A DNA stretch of 64,000 nucleotides, taken from NCBI GenBank assembly GCA_965226495.1, contig OZ245365.1, forward strand, positions 5,920,001 through 5,984,000, in the 5' to 3' direction. This document shows, piece after piece, positions 27,201 to 38,500 of this stretch (position 1 is the stretch's first letter; each line of letters begins with the position of its first letter). A program made the translations under genes and the position numbers. The stretch is from Candidatus Marinacidobacterales bacterium (GTDB taxonomy: Bacteria > Acidobacteriota > Vicinamibacteria > Marinacidobacterales > DATDRI01). The notes beneath the pieces are model-generated. The model was not told the DNA's origin and did not search any database. It worked only from the letters and a program-made list of their open reading frames with translations.

Positions 27201-30200
27201 TTCAAGTTGAGGACCCGCCGGCCGGCTTCGAGAGACGGAGCCTGGACCGCGGACAAACGACGCTCCGAATCGTCGAAATCCGTGGTGAAGCTTCGAGTCA
27301 CGAGTCCCTGGGACGCCCGCAGGTCGCCGGAGAGCCGAAAGTTTCCCTCCTCTCCTTGGAATCGAACCTCCCCCGAGACCTGTCCCCGAACTCCCTCTAT
27401 CAGTTGGAGACGCACGGTCTCCGCGCTGGCTTGGATATCGACGCGTGGGTTGTTGACGTCCCCGAGATCAACCGTTCCTTCACCATGGATTCGACCACCC
27501 CCTGCGAGGGCCGAGAGATCGGAAAGCGTGAGGGTGGCTTCGTCGAACGTCACTCGCGTCTTCAGGTCTCGGAGGATGAGCGGGGGGTCGGGAATGACGA
27601 ATCGGCCGCCCGACAACGAACCTTCGCCTTGGATTGCGAGGCCGTCCGCTCCGTAGCTCAGGTGGAAGTCGAGGTTGCTCGGGCCGGAAATGGTCATCCC
27701 CGGCATCACCGCGGCCAAGAACGGATTGAAGATCGTGGTCTCGAGAGTGCCGCTGAGGGAGCCCTCCAACGAAAAAGGTTCCTGGATTTCCAAACGCGGG
27801 AGACGCAATCTGAAGTCGGTCCGATCTCCGACGATGTGCAGCTCCTCCATCGAGAAGACGCCGTCCTTCAGGCTCCATGCTACCGGCTCCGCGGTTTGAA
27901 TGGTCATCGCATCCAGTCTTCCGTCCAGTCCGAGGATTTCACCCGATGCACGAAGTCCGTCGATGGACCAGCCGGGAATCTCGATCACTCCGCGAGCGCC
28001 GAGCATGAGTGTGGGGTCGAGCTCCCATTCGATTGGAGTGAGGTCGGCGAGGTCGATGTCTTCGAGGGTGAGTTCCAGCCGGCCGGATTGCGCGGTCTCG
28101 CCCGACGGGCGGGGAAGCGAGCCAGTCAGCGCGACCGTACCGCCCATCAGTTTCCCTTGCGCAAACAACGAGGGAGTTCGCTCTTCGTTGGACTCGAGCG
28201 TGAGCTGGAGGTCCTCCCAAGCGACGTTGTTCCATTGGCCAGCGCCATCTTCGATGTGTAACGCGCCGAGTAGCAAGGGGTCGTCGAGCTTGCCGGCTAC
28301 CTTCAACTCGGCGCGAGCCGTCCCGCGAACCTCGAGGTCGGGGACCAGCGGCTCGAGGAGCTCGAGGCGAAAAGATCCGGAGACGTCCAGATCGAGCTCA
28401 CCTTCCGCAGCAAGTGGGACGGTCCCTTCGACGGAAACTTCTTGTTCAGCGGAGAGGATCTTTAAGTTCTGGATTCGAGCCTCGTTTAGATCGCCCTCGA
28501 TCTGGAAACCGGAGACCTGGTGGCCGATTCCGCGGTAGTTCGCGGCATAAGAATCCACATTGGCTCGGAACTGGAGCGCGCCGAGGTCGAAGAGAGGAAA
28601 ATCAAGCTCGACGATTCCCTCGGCGGACGCCGTCGCATCTTCGCGGGCAAACGTGAGCAGGCCCTTCATGATTTCCAGTAGCGGCAGTCCCGACAGATCG
28701 AGCTCGAGATGGGTCGGGATGGGCGGCTCGAGCTCAGCCGTCCCGCCGAGAAACCGGGTGCCGTCATCCCGCCGGCCGAGAATCTCGACTTGGCCGTTCC
28801 GTGATTTCAATTGGAGCTCCAAGGGAGGGATCGCTTTGTCATTGAGAGAGAGGGCATTCAAATTCACGGTGGCCTCTCCGACTAGAGCAGAGAGGGGACC
28901 CTTGGCGAAGGCGTTCAGGGAGATTTGACCGCCAACTTCTTCTAGCCCCGTGACGGGAGCCAGTTCTTCGAGGGCGAGTCCCGTCAACTGGAGGCTTCCG
29001 TCGATGGACTCGGAGTCCAATGAGTATGTACCCGCGGCCTCGAACGTGGCATTCGCGAGAGAAGCCTTTGCGTCTTCGACTTCGATCGTCCGACCCTTCT
29101 TCACCACTCGGAAGTCCGCGGTGCCCTCATGGGCTCCGGTGAAGGTGAGATCGCGCAGGGCGACCTCAACGTTCCAATCCGGATCGGTGCTCGTCCCGAT
29201 GACCTGTGCACGTCCCGCCGCAACAGCCTTCATGGGAAGGCGCGGAGGCAGCGAAATGCCTTCGAAATCGACGACTAAGTTGGATTCCTCGGATGCATCC
29301 CCGAACCCGAAGTTTCCTTGTGCCGAGATGGAGCCCTCGTCACCCTGGAGTTCGAATTTCTTGACGACGATTTCTTTCGTCGTACCGGAGAGTTCACTGG
29401 AAAGATCTGCAGCCCGCCCGTTGAGCACGAGAGCATCACTCTCGACGAGCGCGGTCCAACGCACGTCGGGCAGCTGGCCGGTTAGTTGCCCGACGACTGA
29501 GAGCGGTCCGCCGAGCTCGATCGGCAATGATTCTGGAATGTCGAAAGAACCCGCCAATAGGCCGACCTCGTAGATGTCTGGAAGCTCGATGCGATAGTCG
29601 ACATTCAGTGCGCCTTCCAACTGGACGTTACCGGTGAGGGAAAGATCGGCCCTCGGGTTGGAAGTTGCGAGTGCTTTGGAGTCGAACTGTAGAGTGCCCG
29701 AAGCGAGGGAAAAGAAAACCTCTCCCCTCGTCGACATCTGTTTCCCTCCTGTTGTCGGCGAGAACCAGATACGACCTCGACCGTCGGCGTTCTCGATAAG
29801 CCAGTCGGTCACCGACAGCTCGGCCTCGCCATGAACCTTCGCGCTCATTGGAAGCTCAAGACTCAAGAGCTGGCTAATCAAACGGTCGGGATCGACGTCT
29901 TTGAACCGAAGGCGAAAACTGTCTCTTCCGCCATCGCGGAGCTCGATGCGCGCTTCGAGCTCGCCGGTCCCGCCATAGCCGACTAGGGAGATGGGAGCCA
30001 ACTCGAGAACGTCGTCCGCTAGGGCCACCTTGCCCGCGATCGTCCAGGTACCGATCTCCTGAGACTCGAAGTGCTCGGAGCGGAGGTTTCCGTCGAATCG
30101 AAGTCGATCGTCGTTCATCTCGAGCCGGCCACTCCCGTCCACGCGACCTGTGACCTGCCAGTCTTGCTCCCATAGATCCAAGAGGTCAGCGTCGAGATCG

Positions 30201-30868
30201 AAGTCGAGCTCGAGGCCGACGGTGAGAGGCGATGGGCTCACCGTTCCGTCGACTCGTAACTCAGAAGTTCCGGTACGGACCGTCGCGTGCTCGAGCAAGA
30301 TCTCCGATCCGTTCCACTGCAAGGATGCCTCGAAAGGTTCCAGGGAGAGCTCTTTGTCACCGACCGCCAAACGGCCCGCACCTGATTTCAGGATGGAATG
30401 AGGGTCGTCGAACCGGACGTCAATGTCGCCGATCTCGAGGAACGTGGCTTCCGCTTCGTATGCCAATCGCACGCGTCCATCGGTGAGATTGAGATGCCGG
30501 ATGTTCACCGGAAGGCCAGTCCAGGACGCGCCTTCGGCTTCGGTCTCTTCGTCCGGTACAAAACGAAAGTCGAGCCGAGGTTCCCGAATATCGCCACCGA
30601 TGCTTAGACTCGACGTGATGTCGAGATCGATGCGAGCTACTTCCAGGTCGAAGGATTCGGACCTAAGCGCGAGATCGGAAAGTCCGATCTCACCGCGCCA
30701 GAGCCGGTAGTCGAGGTGTCTTAACGAAACCTCACTATCCGACAAGCCGGAGAGCGAGCGTACCAATACGCCGCGGAGAAATTCTTTTCCCGGCGCAGTG
30801 TGCAGGAGAAGGAAAAGGAGGACGAGCAGTCCTATGAGGCCTACGAAACCAATTGCCCAGCGCTTCAT
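24209..30868 (-). CDS. TamB/AsmA-like - POTRA - Omp85 (TamA/BamA-like) fusion protein
   Basis: N-terminal TM anchor; long beta-strand-rich region with a TamB-like C-terminal part (LKLAGTVDSPELSG); POTRA motifs (VVGNLKT..ELTFKEGEP..LYDLGVF); Omp85 GGPNSVRGF and terminal FSFGYAF. Confidence 0.88.
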   Translation of the reverse strand: MKRWAIGFVGLIGLLVLLFLLLHTAPGKEFLRGVLVRSLSGLSDSEVSLRHLDYRLWRGEIGLSDLALRSESFDLEVARIDLDITSSLSIGGDIREPRLDFRFVPDEETEAEGASWTGLPVNIRHLNLTDGRVRLAYEAEATFLEIGDIDVRFDDPHSILKSGAGRLAVGDKELSLEPFEASLQWNGSEILLEHATVRTGTSELRVDGTVSPSPLTVGLELDFDLDADLLDLWEQDWQVTGRVDGSGRLEMNDDRLRFDGNLRSEHFESQEIGTWTIAGKVALADDVLELAPISLVGYGGTGELEARIELRDGGRDSFRLRFKDVDPDRLISQLLSLELPMSAKVHGEAELSVTDWLIENADGRGRIWFSPTTGGKQMSTRGEVFFSLASGTLQFDSKALATSNPRADLSLTGNVQLEGALNVDYRIELPDIYEVGLLAGSFDIPESLPIELGGPLSVVGQLTGQLPDVRWTALVESDALVLNGRAADLSSELSGTTKEIVVKKFELQGDEGSISAQGNFGFGDASEESNLVVDFEGISLPPRLPMKAVAAGRAQVIGTSTDPDWNVEVALRDLTFTGAHEGTADFRVVKKGRTIEVEDAKASLANATFEAAGTYSLDSESIDGSLQLTGLALEELAPVTGLEEVGGQISLNAFAKGPLSALVGEATVNLNALSLNDKAIPPLELQLKSRNGQVEILGRRDDGTRFLGGTAELEPPIPTHLELDLSGLPLLEIMKGLLTFAREDATASAEGIVELDFPLFDLGALQFRANVDSYAANYRGIGHQVSGFQIEGDLNEARIQNLKILSAEQEVSVEGTVPLAAEGELDLDVSGSFRLELLEPLVPDLEVRGTARAELKVAGKLDDPLLLGALHIEDGAGQWNNVAWEDLQLTLESNEERTPSLFAQGKLMGGTVALTGSLPRPSGETAQSGRLELTLEDIDLADLTPIEWELDPTLMLGARGVIEIPGWSIDGLRASGEILGLDGRLDAMTIQTAEPVAWSLKDGVFSMEELHIVGDRTDFRLRLPRLEIQEPFSLEGSLSGTLETTIFNPFLAAVMPGMTISGPSNLDFHLSYGADGLAIQGEGSLSGGRFVIPDPPLILRDLKTRVTFDEATLTLSDLSALAGGGRIHGEGTVDLGDVNNPRVDIQASAETVRLQLIEGVRGQVSGEVRFQGEEGNFRLSGDLRASQGLVTRSFTTDFDDSERRLSAVQAPSLEAGRRVLNLNLSLTTPEDVRIDTDKARVEAGATLKLAGTVDSPELSGVLSLRPDGSLVVGRNSFQVISARADFDGFPRSPPTLQASMVTKVGATVIQLQLDGEPNDLNIQLRSPEDSSLTEGDLMSLLVTGRTLADAGEGGQMMASTWAMSSFANLIHDGLGDVFSFGAPAGAGPLVLAEERNPTSRMTLGFPLTERFSITYSLPLDEPEMQLWILDYRVAKDLWLRATQESGIDYTLGFTHRFRVGRRRASENESGDIVEAPARSVGEITFGGDFPVPENELRKRLKIRSGARYDYWKAQDDASALQKSLIEKGFLSAVVEVETDQEDGRVDLLFSIDAGKPTELVWEGDDPGSDIKKQTRARWDGRIPESYLVSDLASRARWRLRSQRYFEAEVESRVEELDDKQRIVFTVSKGQRGNAVVLTFEGNESLSDTELADSLPSTSSSTFFSLIDGKQSELEKGLRLRYASIGYLYATVEEPRTMYDLETGELRIVILVDEGPLLTIANIRFEGATFLSEEQLREALGQKEGDPVSFSKLNEGETHIRTLYRDEGFPDARLRSELTAVPDGVDVTIDITEGVPVRIGRVRVVGNLKTQRWVIDRELTFKEGEPLRTSKFQESRSNLYDLGVFRTADVRVAPSEPGTETRDVIVQVVERELLDMSYGLRYNFVSQTGESGDIDPESQSRGLEGILRATFPNPLGRSETLSMTAIISQDRPLYRASYLTPRFFGRRLSTELYAEASIDEERGTNTLGARAQQWSVNFQQTRKLPRGRLNIQWNYSVGEFALLGIRGRSIDVQDEGEFRSRLGGSIFEDERDSVANPTRGRFWNVTLQAGPEWLGSDTSFYRFYGQIFYFYPLGRNLVWASSYRLGLTARGESDQFFVVDDRFKAGGPNSVRGFEHNSLGPSLSFPNGDVAFLGGQAVVIMNQELRFPIYKILHGGVYLDTGEIYPRVKNIRLGDLRWSAGAGVRVVLPFGPLRFDWAEVLNRHDGDKLTRFHFSFGYAF

Positions 30869-30949
30869 TCCTCTGCACTTTTCCTGTCTCCATTATGCCG
30901 CAATACTGGGGATTGGCGGTCGGCCGCCAAAATATGGAGTGCTGTTACC

Positions 30950-31163
30950 CTACCTGGCCAGGCGGGGCCGCCAAAACACAAAGCCCCCCGCGAACGCGCC
31001 CACGATGGGCACAGCGATGCGGGCGTCCGGTTCTTCCTGAGCGACGATTCCAAGGGATCTCCGCCACCCCGCCGAAAATCATGAGGCAGATGAGCGTGGC
31101 AAGGACGCCCATCGTCCCCAAAACGATGTACAGAACACCAAGTATCTTCACGTGCTGTTGCAG
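30950..31163 (-). pseudogene. Small membrane-protein gene remnant
   Basis: RBS AAGGAGG then CTG-QQHVKILGVLYIVLG..IFGGVA; continues in another frame as GIVAQEEPDARIAVPIVGA and stops early. Confidence 0.5.
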
Positions 31164-31183
31164 CCCCTCCTTGCTGCCAGCCG

Positions 31184-32749
31184 CTATGCGGACGAGCCGC
31201 GAGGTTCCTCCGGATAGCTCGCGTAGGCGAAAAGGAGATCGACTAAAGATTGCTCTGCCTTCACGATCCCGGCCACCTTCTCGTTCCCCTCGATGACGAT
31301 GTACTCGTCTACGGCGTGCGCGCGACCGCCATGTCCTAGCCCTCCTCTTACATCCGGGAGACCCAACTTTCGAGTGAACTCCCATCGGGGGCTAGAAGTC
31401 GGAGAGCGTGGCCAAATGGCGGGCTCGATGCCGTAATGACGATAAACCGACAGCATCGCCTGTACTACCGGAGCCTTGACGCTCGTCTGTGACCACTCGT
31501 CCCCACCACCGTGTTGAGTGACGGCAATGTCGCCGTAGCCCTTTTGAGTTAGATGGTCCAAGAATAGCTGCTTTTGCGTCACGATCTCTTGATCGGGAAC
31601 GAGACGGCTGTCCATTTTTGCCGCCGCTCGCTCGGGAAGGATGGTTGCCGATCCGGGTCCGGTATACCCACCCCAGATGCCGTCGATGTTGAACGACGTA
31701 TCGAAAATGAGGTGCCGCGCCGCCTCCACGTCCGACCAATCATCGACCCATCGCTTGACGTTCTCCGACTCCGATACGAACAGGCGCTCGGGATGATTGG
31801 TGACGAGCTCGTTGTAGAGCATCAGCTCTTCTTCGTTGGGGGGGCGGATGTCGTCATACCAGCCATCGATTAGAATTTTGTTCTCCGCCGGGTCGTACAT
31901 ACTCCGCAAGGCGTCCACCAACCGCCAGACCGGACTGTCCAGAACCGCCTTGCGGCTGGAGTGGATCGGCATTTTCTGCGGGCCGCGTCCCCATTCTGTT
32001 CCACTCACCTCGAGCTCGAGATAGAGAATGCCCTTGGTCCCTAGGCGCATCTCGACCGAACCGTCCGACTGCTGCCCGGGTCCGGCCTGGAGCATGGCGT
32101 CCGCCGTCTTCAACCGTTCGCGGTAAGGGTCTAACACTTCGTGGAAGTTTGGAGAACCCTGCTCCTCCTCACCGTCGCAGGTGAACATGATATTGACCGG
32201 GAGCTCGCCGCCGCTGGCGAGAATGGCCTCACAAGCGTTCAAGAAAAAGCGGTTCGGCCCTTTGGAATTGAACGCGCCGCGAGCGAGGATGATCTCCTCG
32301 AAGGGATCCATCGGCATTCTTTCTGCAGCCAAGGGATCTGCCGTCCACCGCTCCTTCTCGAAGGGTTGCGTGTCGTACATCATGTAGGTCGCGACGGTCT
32401 TGGGAGCTCCGGCGTCGTAGTAGGCCCAGACCCCAGGGAATCCTTTTGTTTCGATCAACTTCACTTCCTGGCAACCCAGCGTGCGGAGGGATTCCACCAT
32501 TCGATCTGCCATCTCGCGGATACCCATGTTCCAGGAGCTCACGGAGGCCTGACGCAGGTCGGCTTGTAGTTTGGCGATGTGCTCCTCTCTGTGCTCGGCG
32601 ATATACCGGTGGGCGCGGCGGACCGCATCCGAGTTCAAGACATCTTGCGCATAGGCGGGGTTGGCTACGAACGGAAAAGCAGTGTAGGCGGCAGCACCCA
32701 TCGCGGCGCGGCTGGAAAGCTCGAGGAACTGCTTGCGGGTGAGCATCAC
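31184..32749 (-). CDS. M20 family metallopeptidase with Tat-like signal
   Basis: LTRKQFL Tat-like motif and AYA cleavage site; YMMYDTQP, ARGAFNSKG, GEEEQGS, HAVDEY. Confidence 0.85.
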   Translation of the reverse strand: MMLTRKQFLELSSRAAMGAAAYTAFPFVANPAYAQDVLNSDAVRRAHRYIAEHREEHIAKLQADLRQASVSSWNMGIREMADRMVESLRTLGCQEVKLIETKGFPGVWAYYDAGAPKTVATYMMYDTQPFEKERWTADPLAAERMPMDPFEEIILARGAFNSKGPNRFFLNACEAILASGGELPVNIMFTCDGEEEQGSPNFHEVLDPYRERLKTADAMLQAGPGQQSDGSVEMRLGTKGILYLELEVSGTEWGRGPQKMPIHSSRKAVLDSPVWRLVDALRSMYDPAENKILIDGWYDDIRPPNEEELMLYNELVTNHPERLFVSESENVKRWVDDWSDVEAARHLIFDTSFNIDGIWGGYTGPGSATILPERAAAKMDSRLVPDQEIVTQKQLFLDHLTQKGYGDIAVTQHGGGDEWSQTSVKAPVVQAMLSVYRHYGIEPAIWPRSPTSSPRWEFTRKLGLPDVRGGLGHGGRAHAVDEYIVIEGNEKVAGIVKAEQSLVDLLFAYASYPEEPRGSSA

Positions 32750-32941
32750 GAATTGCGACCTCCCTGATCATTCGGATTAACGATGCGTTGTTGTCGGGTA
32801 TAGCGTCTTCCCGTGCCGAGGTCAAGGCACCGCGCCGCCCTCCGCTCTTCCACGCATCATCTTGCTCTAAGTTGCTGGTTTGACACGGAGTTGCTGGGAT
32901 GCTACAAATCTCAGCTTGCCTCTAAGCTAGACTCTATTACC

Positions 32942-33721
32942 TTGCTCAAAAACCTACGAAACCTCGTCCGCTACCGCGTCCTCATCCATAGCCTCGTGGT
33001 GCGCGAGATCAAGGCCCGCTATCGCGGGTCGGTTCTGGGCTTTCTCTGGTCATTCATCAATCCGCTTCTTCAGCTGCTCATCTATACATTCGTCTTCGCC
33101 TACGTGATGCCCGGTCGCTTCCAGGTCGAACCCTATCCTCTATTTCTCTTCACCGGCATCCTCCCCTGGACATGGTTCAGCTCCTCGGTTCTGGAGTCTT
33201 CGAACGTTCTTATTACCAGCGGAAATCTCATCAAGAAGATCCTCTTCCCCGCAGAAGTGCTGGTGTTCGTCGTGGTGCTCTCGAACCTGTTTCATTTTTT
33301 TCTCGGGCTTCCGATCTTGGTCGCTTTCCTGATCTACTTCGGGAAGATCCACCTGACGGTCGTGTTACTGCCCGTCGTGATTCTTATTCAGCTCGTCTTC
33401 AGTCTTGGAGTCTGTCTCTTCTTCGCGGCGCTATCCGTCCACTTTAGAGACGTTCAAAACATCCTGGCGAACCTCATGATGTTGTGGTTCTTTTCGAGCC
33501 CGGTCATCTACCCATACCTGGATATCTCTCCCAATATTCAGCGCTGGCTCAATTACAACCCGATGACCCACATTCTCGTGGGCTATCACCAGACCCTCTT
33601 TACCGGCAGCCTGGGGCATTGGCCTTGGCTCTTGGCGGTGTCGGTGGGGGCAGTCGTAACTTTCTTGGTTGGTTACGCTTTTTTTGACCGCCTGCGGGAC
33701 ACATACGCCGAGGAGGTATGA
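32942..33721 (+). CDS. wzm: ABC-2 polysaccharide export permease
   Basis: REIKARYRGSVLGFLWSFINPL, FRDVQNI, PVIYP, NPMTH; TTG start. Confidence 0.88.
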   Translation: MLKNLRNLVRYRVLIHSLVVREIKARYRGSVLGFLWSFINPLLQLLIYTFVFAYVMPGRFQVEPYPLFLFTGILPWTWFSSSVLESSNVLITSGNLIKKILFPAEVLVFVVVLSNLFHFFLGLPILVAFLIYFGKIHLTVVLLPVVILIQLVFSLGVCLFFAALSVHFRDVQNILANLMMLWFFSSPVIYPYLDISPNIQRWLNYNPMTHILVGYHQTLFTGSLGHWPWLLAVSVGAVVTFLVGYAFFDRLRDTYAEEV

Positions 33722-33725
33722 AGAA

Positions 33726-35039
33726 GTGGGCATAGCGGTTCGCGTTTCCGATGTGACGAAAGTCTATCAGCGTTATGCACACCGCAAGCAGTTCCGCACG
33801 CTAAAGAGCGCTCTACTCACGGGCAGCTTGATCGACGACCTCAAACCGGAGGAGACCTTTTCTGCCTTGTCCGGCGTGACCTTCAACGTATGGGAAGGCT
33901 CGACCTTCGCCATCATTGGGCGAAACGGATCTGGGAAGAGCTCCCTACTCAAAGTCCTCGCCGGAATAACCAAACCCACTTCTGGGGAAGTGGAGGTCAA
34001 GGGGCGGATCTCGGCACTCATCGAGCTGGGAGCGGGTTTCCATCCCGAGATAACAGGACGGGAGAACGTTTTCATCAACGGGATCATGCTCGGACTCAGC
34101 AAGCGTGAGATTACCGAGCGTTTCTCGGAGATCGTGGCATTCGCCGAGCTCGAGGAGTTTATCGACGCTCCTGTCAAGACATACTCGTCCGGCATGTATA
34201 TGAGACTCGGCTTCGCCGTTGCGATCCACGTGAACCCCGACGTGCTCATCATCGACGAAGTGCTTGCGGTGGGAGATCAAGAATTCGTGCATAAGTGCCT
34301 CGACAAGATTAGCGAGTTTCGCCGGAGGGGGAAGACGATTTTGCTGGTAACGCATAGTCTCGGGTTGGTGGAGAAACTGGCCGACGAGGCGTTATGGCTG
34401 GACCAGGGAAAGATCCAGGTGCGAGGCGATCCGAAGAAGGTGGTGGATGCGTACTTGGCGCAGGTCACGTCGTTCGAAGAGGGGGCGATGGCGGCTGCGG
34501 AGGAGCAGGCAGTGGCGGAGTTCGCCGAGCCGCAGCAGGAGTCGGGAGATTCTGAGAAAGAAGAGTCTTCCGCGAGGGAAAAGGGTCGTTGGGGCTCGCG
34601 AGAGGTTGAGATCAGCGAAGCCGCGTTGATTGGAGAAAACGGTCAACCCCGCCACGTCTTCGACACCGGAGAGTCGGTGAGCATCCGGTTGAAAATCAAG
34701 AGCAGCGGAACCATCAAGGATTTCGTGTTCGGGGTCGGGATCTTCAACGCCGACGGTATATGCTGCTATGGGACCAATACTCAGATCGAAGAGTTCACGC
34801 CCGTCTCGCTTGTAGGGGACGGCGAGGTGAAGCTAGCCCTCGATCGATTGGATCTCGTGGAAGGGACCTACTTTGTGGATGTGGCGGCTCACCAGCGAGA
34901 CGGTTACCCCTTCGACTACCACCGCGCGCTCCACACGTTCCGCGTGAACTCGCGAATCAAGGATACCGGGATCTATCGACCAAATCACCGCTGGGAGTTT
35001 TCTTCCAACATCGTTATGAAGCCGCCGGAAGACGAATGA
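33726..35039 (+). CDS. wzt: Polysaccharide export ABC ATPase with Wzt C-terminal domain
   Basis: [23 protein letters not shown]; C-terminal [14 protein letters not shown] domain. Confidence 0.9.
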   Translation: MGIAVRVSDVTKVYQRYAHRKQFRTLKSALLTGSLIDDLKPEETFSALSGVTFNVWEGSTFAIIGRNGSGKSSLLKVLAGITKPTSGEVEVKGRISALIELGAGFHPEITGRENVFINGIMLGLSKREITERFSEIVAFAELEEFIDAPVKTYSSGMYMRLGFAVAIHVNPDVLIIDEVLAVGDQEFVHKCLDKISEFRRRGKTILLVTHSLGLVEKLADEALWLDQGKIQVRGDPKKVVDAYLAQVTSFEEGAMAAAEEQAVAEFAEPQQESGDSEKEESSAREKGRWGSREVEISEAALIGENGQPRHVFDTGESVSIRLKIKSSGTIKDFVFGVGIFNADGICCYGTNTQIEEFTPVSLVGDGEVKLALDRLDLVEGTYFVDVAAHQRDGYPFDYHRALHTFRVNSRIKDTGIYRPNHRWEFSSNIVMKPPEDE

Positions 35040-35536
35040 GCGCCGCGAAACTGCTCGACTCGGAGGCCATGAGAAACGAGCGGGAAAGGCTTCGCGCCGC
35101 CGGTATCCGACTCGTCTTTACCAACGGTTGCTTCGACCTACTCCACCCTGGACACGTTCGCTACCTGCCGGAGGCGCGAGCGCAAGGAGATCGACTGGTG
35201 GTGGCAGTCAATGCGGATCGTACGGTCACCGCGCTGAAGGGGGAGGGACGACCCATCCTCCCGCTCGCGGAACGGATGGAGATTTTGGCTGCCCTCGAGG
35301 CCGTGGACTACGTCATAGCATTCGATGAAGAGACGCCGGCACGAGTAATTCAGGATCTGGTGCCGGATGTTCTAGTAAAGGGGGGAGACTGGTCGACCGA
35401 TCAGATCGTAGGTCGGGACACAGTCCAAGCCGCGGGAGGGCGCGTTATGTCGCTGCCTTTCTCGCCAGGCTATTCCACCTCCCGTCTCATTGACGTGGTC
35501 GTCAGAGGCCAGAACAAACTTGAAGAAGACGAGTGA
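35036..35536 (+). CDS. rfaE2: D-glycero-beta-D-manno-heptose 1-phosphate adenylyltransferase
   Basis: [40 protein letters not shown]. Confidence 0.9.
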   Translation: MSAAKLLDSEAMRNERERLRAAGIRLVFTNGCFDLLHPGHVRYLPEARAQGDRLVVAVNADRTVTALKGEGRPILPLAERMEILAALEAVDYVIAFDEETPARVIQDLVPDVLVKGGDWSTDQIVGRDTVQAAGGRVMSLPFSPGYSTSRLIDVVVRGQNKLEEDE

Positions 35537-38500
35537 AGCCGGTGTTGGAGACGCACGAGTTGGCGCGCGTTCTGGAGGATGCGGGGATTGGCGAGATCCG
35601 CTCCGGCCTCTCGACCCCCCCTGGAGGACGACCAGGCGTCCGACGCATCAGCGGGCTCATGGGACCGGCTCGCACGTTGGTCGAAGCCATTCTGGCTGCC
35701 CCCGAGCCAGGCCCCGTCCTCCTAGTCGTTTCGCACGAGAGGCGGGTCGCGGAAGTCTCCTCCGACGTGGCGGCATTTTTCACGTCGATGGGAATCCGTC
35801 GAGAGATATTCCCTTTTCCCGCGCTAGAGGTTGACCCCTACCGCGGGCTCTCTCCACATTTCGACATCATGGCAGCGCGTGCACGTGCGCTGGCGGCTTT
35901 TCTGCAAGAGACACCGGCGCTATTCATCGCACCGGCTGCTGCACTCCTTTTTCGAACGGCGTCTCCTCAGATTTTTTCGGAGGGGATCCTTTCACTTCGT
36001 AGTGGGCAAGTTATCGAGCCGAGCGACATCGAGCGGACGCTCGTCGATTCCGGCTATCTACATGAGGACCCCGTTGTCAGCCCTGGCGATTTTGCGCGAC
36101 GGGGAGGAATTCTGGACATCTATCCGCCCTCGCGCGACGAACCGCTTAGGCTTGAGTTCGTGGGTGACACGCTGGAAGAAATCCGGAGTTTTGACCCAGA
36201 GAGCCAGCGTGCGACCGGCACGTTAGAATCGGTCGATGTTTATCCGGCTCGAGAGTGGATCTTCAGAGAAAATGAGCGTCAACGCCTTATCGACCGGCTG
36301 AGCGATGAAAACGTAGGCGACCTCGAGTTGAAGGAGAGGCTCGAGAGAGAAAGCTTTCCCCCCGGAACGTCCTTCGTTCTTCCCCACCTCGCGGAGTATC
36401 GCGCGACGCTTTTCGATTATTTGCGAAACGGCACGCTTCTGGTCGAGGAACCGGCAGAAATCGCCCGGCAAGCGACGTCAGAATGGGAGCGCGTCCTCGA
36501 GAGTTACGGAGAAGCAGCCACGACCCGCGACACCGCCTACGCGCGTCCAGCGGAGCTGCTCCTGACTCCCGAAGACCTCTCCGCTCACTTCGGAAACCGT
36601 TCGGTGACCATCCAAGAGTTGGACGTCCTGGATGAAGATTCCGGTTCCGCTAGCGCCTTTCACCTGCCGAGCCAACTGCTTCCCTCCTTTAGGGGGAGGA
36701 TCAAGGATTTCCTCGCCGAGATCCGGCAGCAGCTCGACAAGGACCGTCGTATTCACGTCTTTGTTGGCAACCGGGGGTTGGCCGAGCGATTGGTTGAGAT
36801 TCTCGAAGAAGCACAGATCTCGGCCGCGATGGCTTCCGAAGAGTCACAAGCGCGGGGGACGGTAGTGCTTCACATCGGCAATCTCTCACATGGTTTCCTG
36901 CTTCCTTCGCTCGGTCAGGCGGTGTTTGCGGGTAGAGATGTCTTCGAAGAGCCTCCACGACCGGAGCGCAGGCGTTCGAGCAAGCTCGGTCGTTTTCTTT
37001 CCGACTTTCGGGACTTGAAGGTCGGCGACTACGTTGTCCATGCGGATCACGGGATCGGTGTCTTCACCGGCCTACGTCAGATTGCCCCGCAGTCGGGAAG
37101 CGGTGAGTTTGTCATTCTCGAGTACCTGGGAGGGGACAAGCTCTACGTTCCGGTTGAGAAGCTCGATCTGCTCGAGAAGTACTCGGGCCCCGAGGGCCAG
37201 AAACCGCGTATCGAGAAGCTTGGCGGTACGGGGTGGGAGCGGGTCAAGAGCCGGGTTAAGAAATCGATGCGCGACATGGCGCAGGAGCTCCTGAAGCTGT
37301 ACGCGGTGCGGAAGTCCATGCCCGGTCACTCGTTTGCTGCCGATACTCATTGGCAACGCGAGCTCGAGGATCAATTCGAGTATCAGGAGACAGTGGATCA
37401 GGCCCAGGCCATCGAAGAGGTCAAGCGTGACATGGAGGCACCCTTCCCTATGGATCGGCTCCTCTGCGGCGATGTGGGTTATGGGAAGACGGAAGTCGCG
37501 ATGCGCGCTGCTTTCAAGACGGTGATGGATGGAAAACAGGTGGCAGTTCTCGTGCCTACTACCGTCCTAGCGTTTCAACATCTTCATACCTTCCGGTCAC
37601 GGTTCAGCGCTTTTCCGGTTCGTGTCGAGATGCTCTCTAGGTTTCGGACGCCGAAGGAGCAGAAGGTAACCGTCAAGGAGCTCGCTGCCGGTGCCGTCGA
37701 CGTGGTCATCGGAACTCACCGCCTCTTTTCCAAGGACGTTCAGTTTAAAGACCTGGGCCTTCTGGTGGTTGACGAAGAGCAGCGATTCGGCGTTGGGCAC
37801 AAAGAAAGGTTGAAGCAGCTTCGCAAGCAAGTGGACAGCGTGACGATGACCGCCACCCCCATCCCGCGTACGCTCCATATGTCGCTTGCTGGCATCCGCG
37901 ATCTTTCCGTTATCGAGACGCCGCCGAAGGATCGGATGGCGATTCAAACCTACGTCACACGATTGGACTCCAAAATTTTGGCCGAGGCTCTCCGCTACGA
38001 GTTGGGACGAGGTGGCCAGGTCTACTTTGTTCACAATCGGGTAAGTTCCATTTATTCGATGGCATCTTATCTGCAGCGGCTCGTGCCCGAGGCTCGCATC
38101 GGAGTCGGCCATGGCCAGATGAAAGAAGCCGACCTCGAGCGAACCATGCTTCGATTCGTCCGGCAGGAGTTCGATGTGCTGGTCAGCACAACCATCATCG
38201 AGAACGGTCTGGACATACCGCTCGTCAACACCCTGATCGTCAATCGTGCCGACCGCTTTGGTCTCTCCCAGCTCTATCAGCTTCGCGGCCGGGTCGGCCG
38301 CTCCAACCGGCGCGCCTATGCGTATTTTCTCGTTCCCGATGAGAGTGCTCTGACCCCCGTCGCCCGGCGCCGGCTCGCCGCGATCCGCGAGTTTAGCGAT
38401 CTCGGCGCCGGCTTCCGCATCGCGGCGCTGGATCTCGAGTTGCGGGGCGCGGGGAACGTACTCGGCGGCGAACAACACGGGCACATTGATGCGGTCGGCT

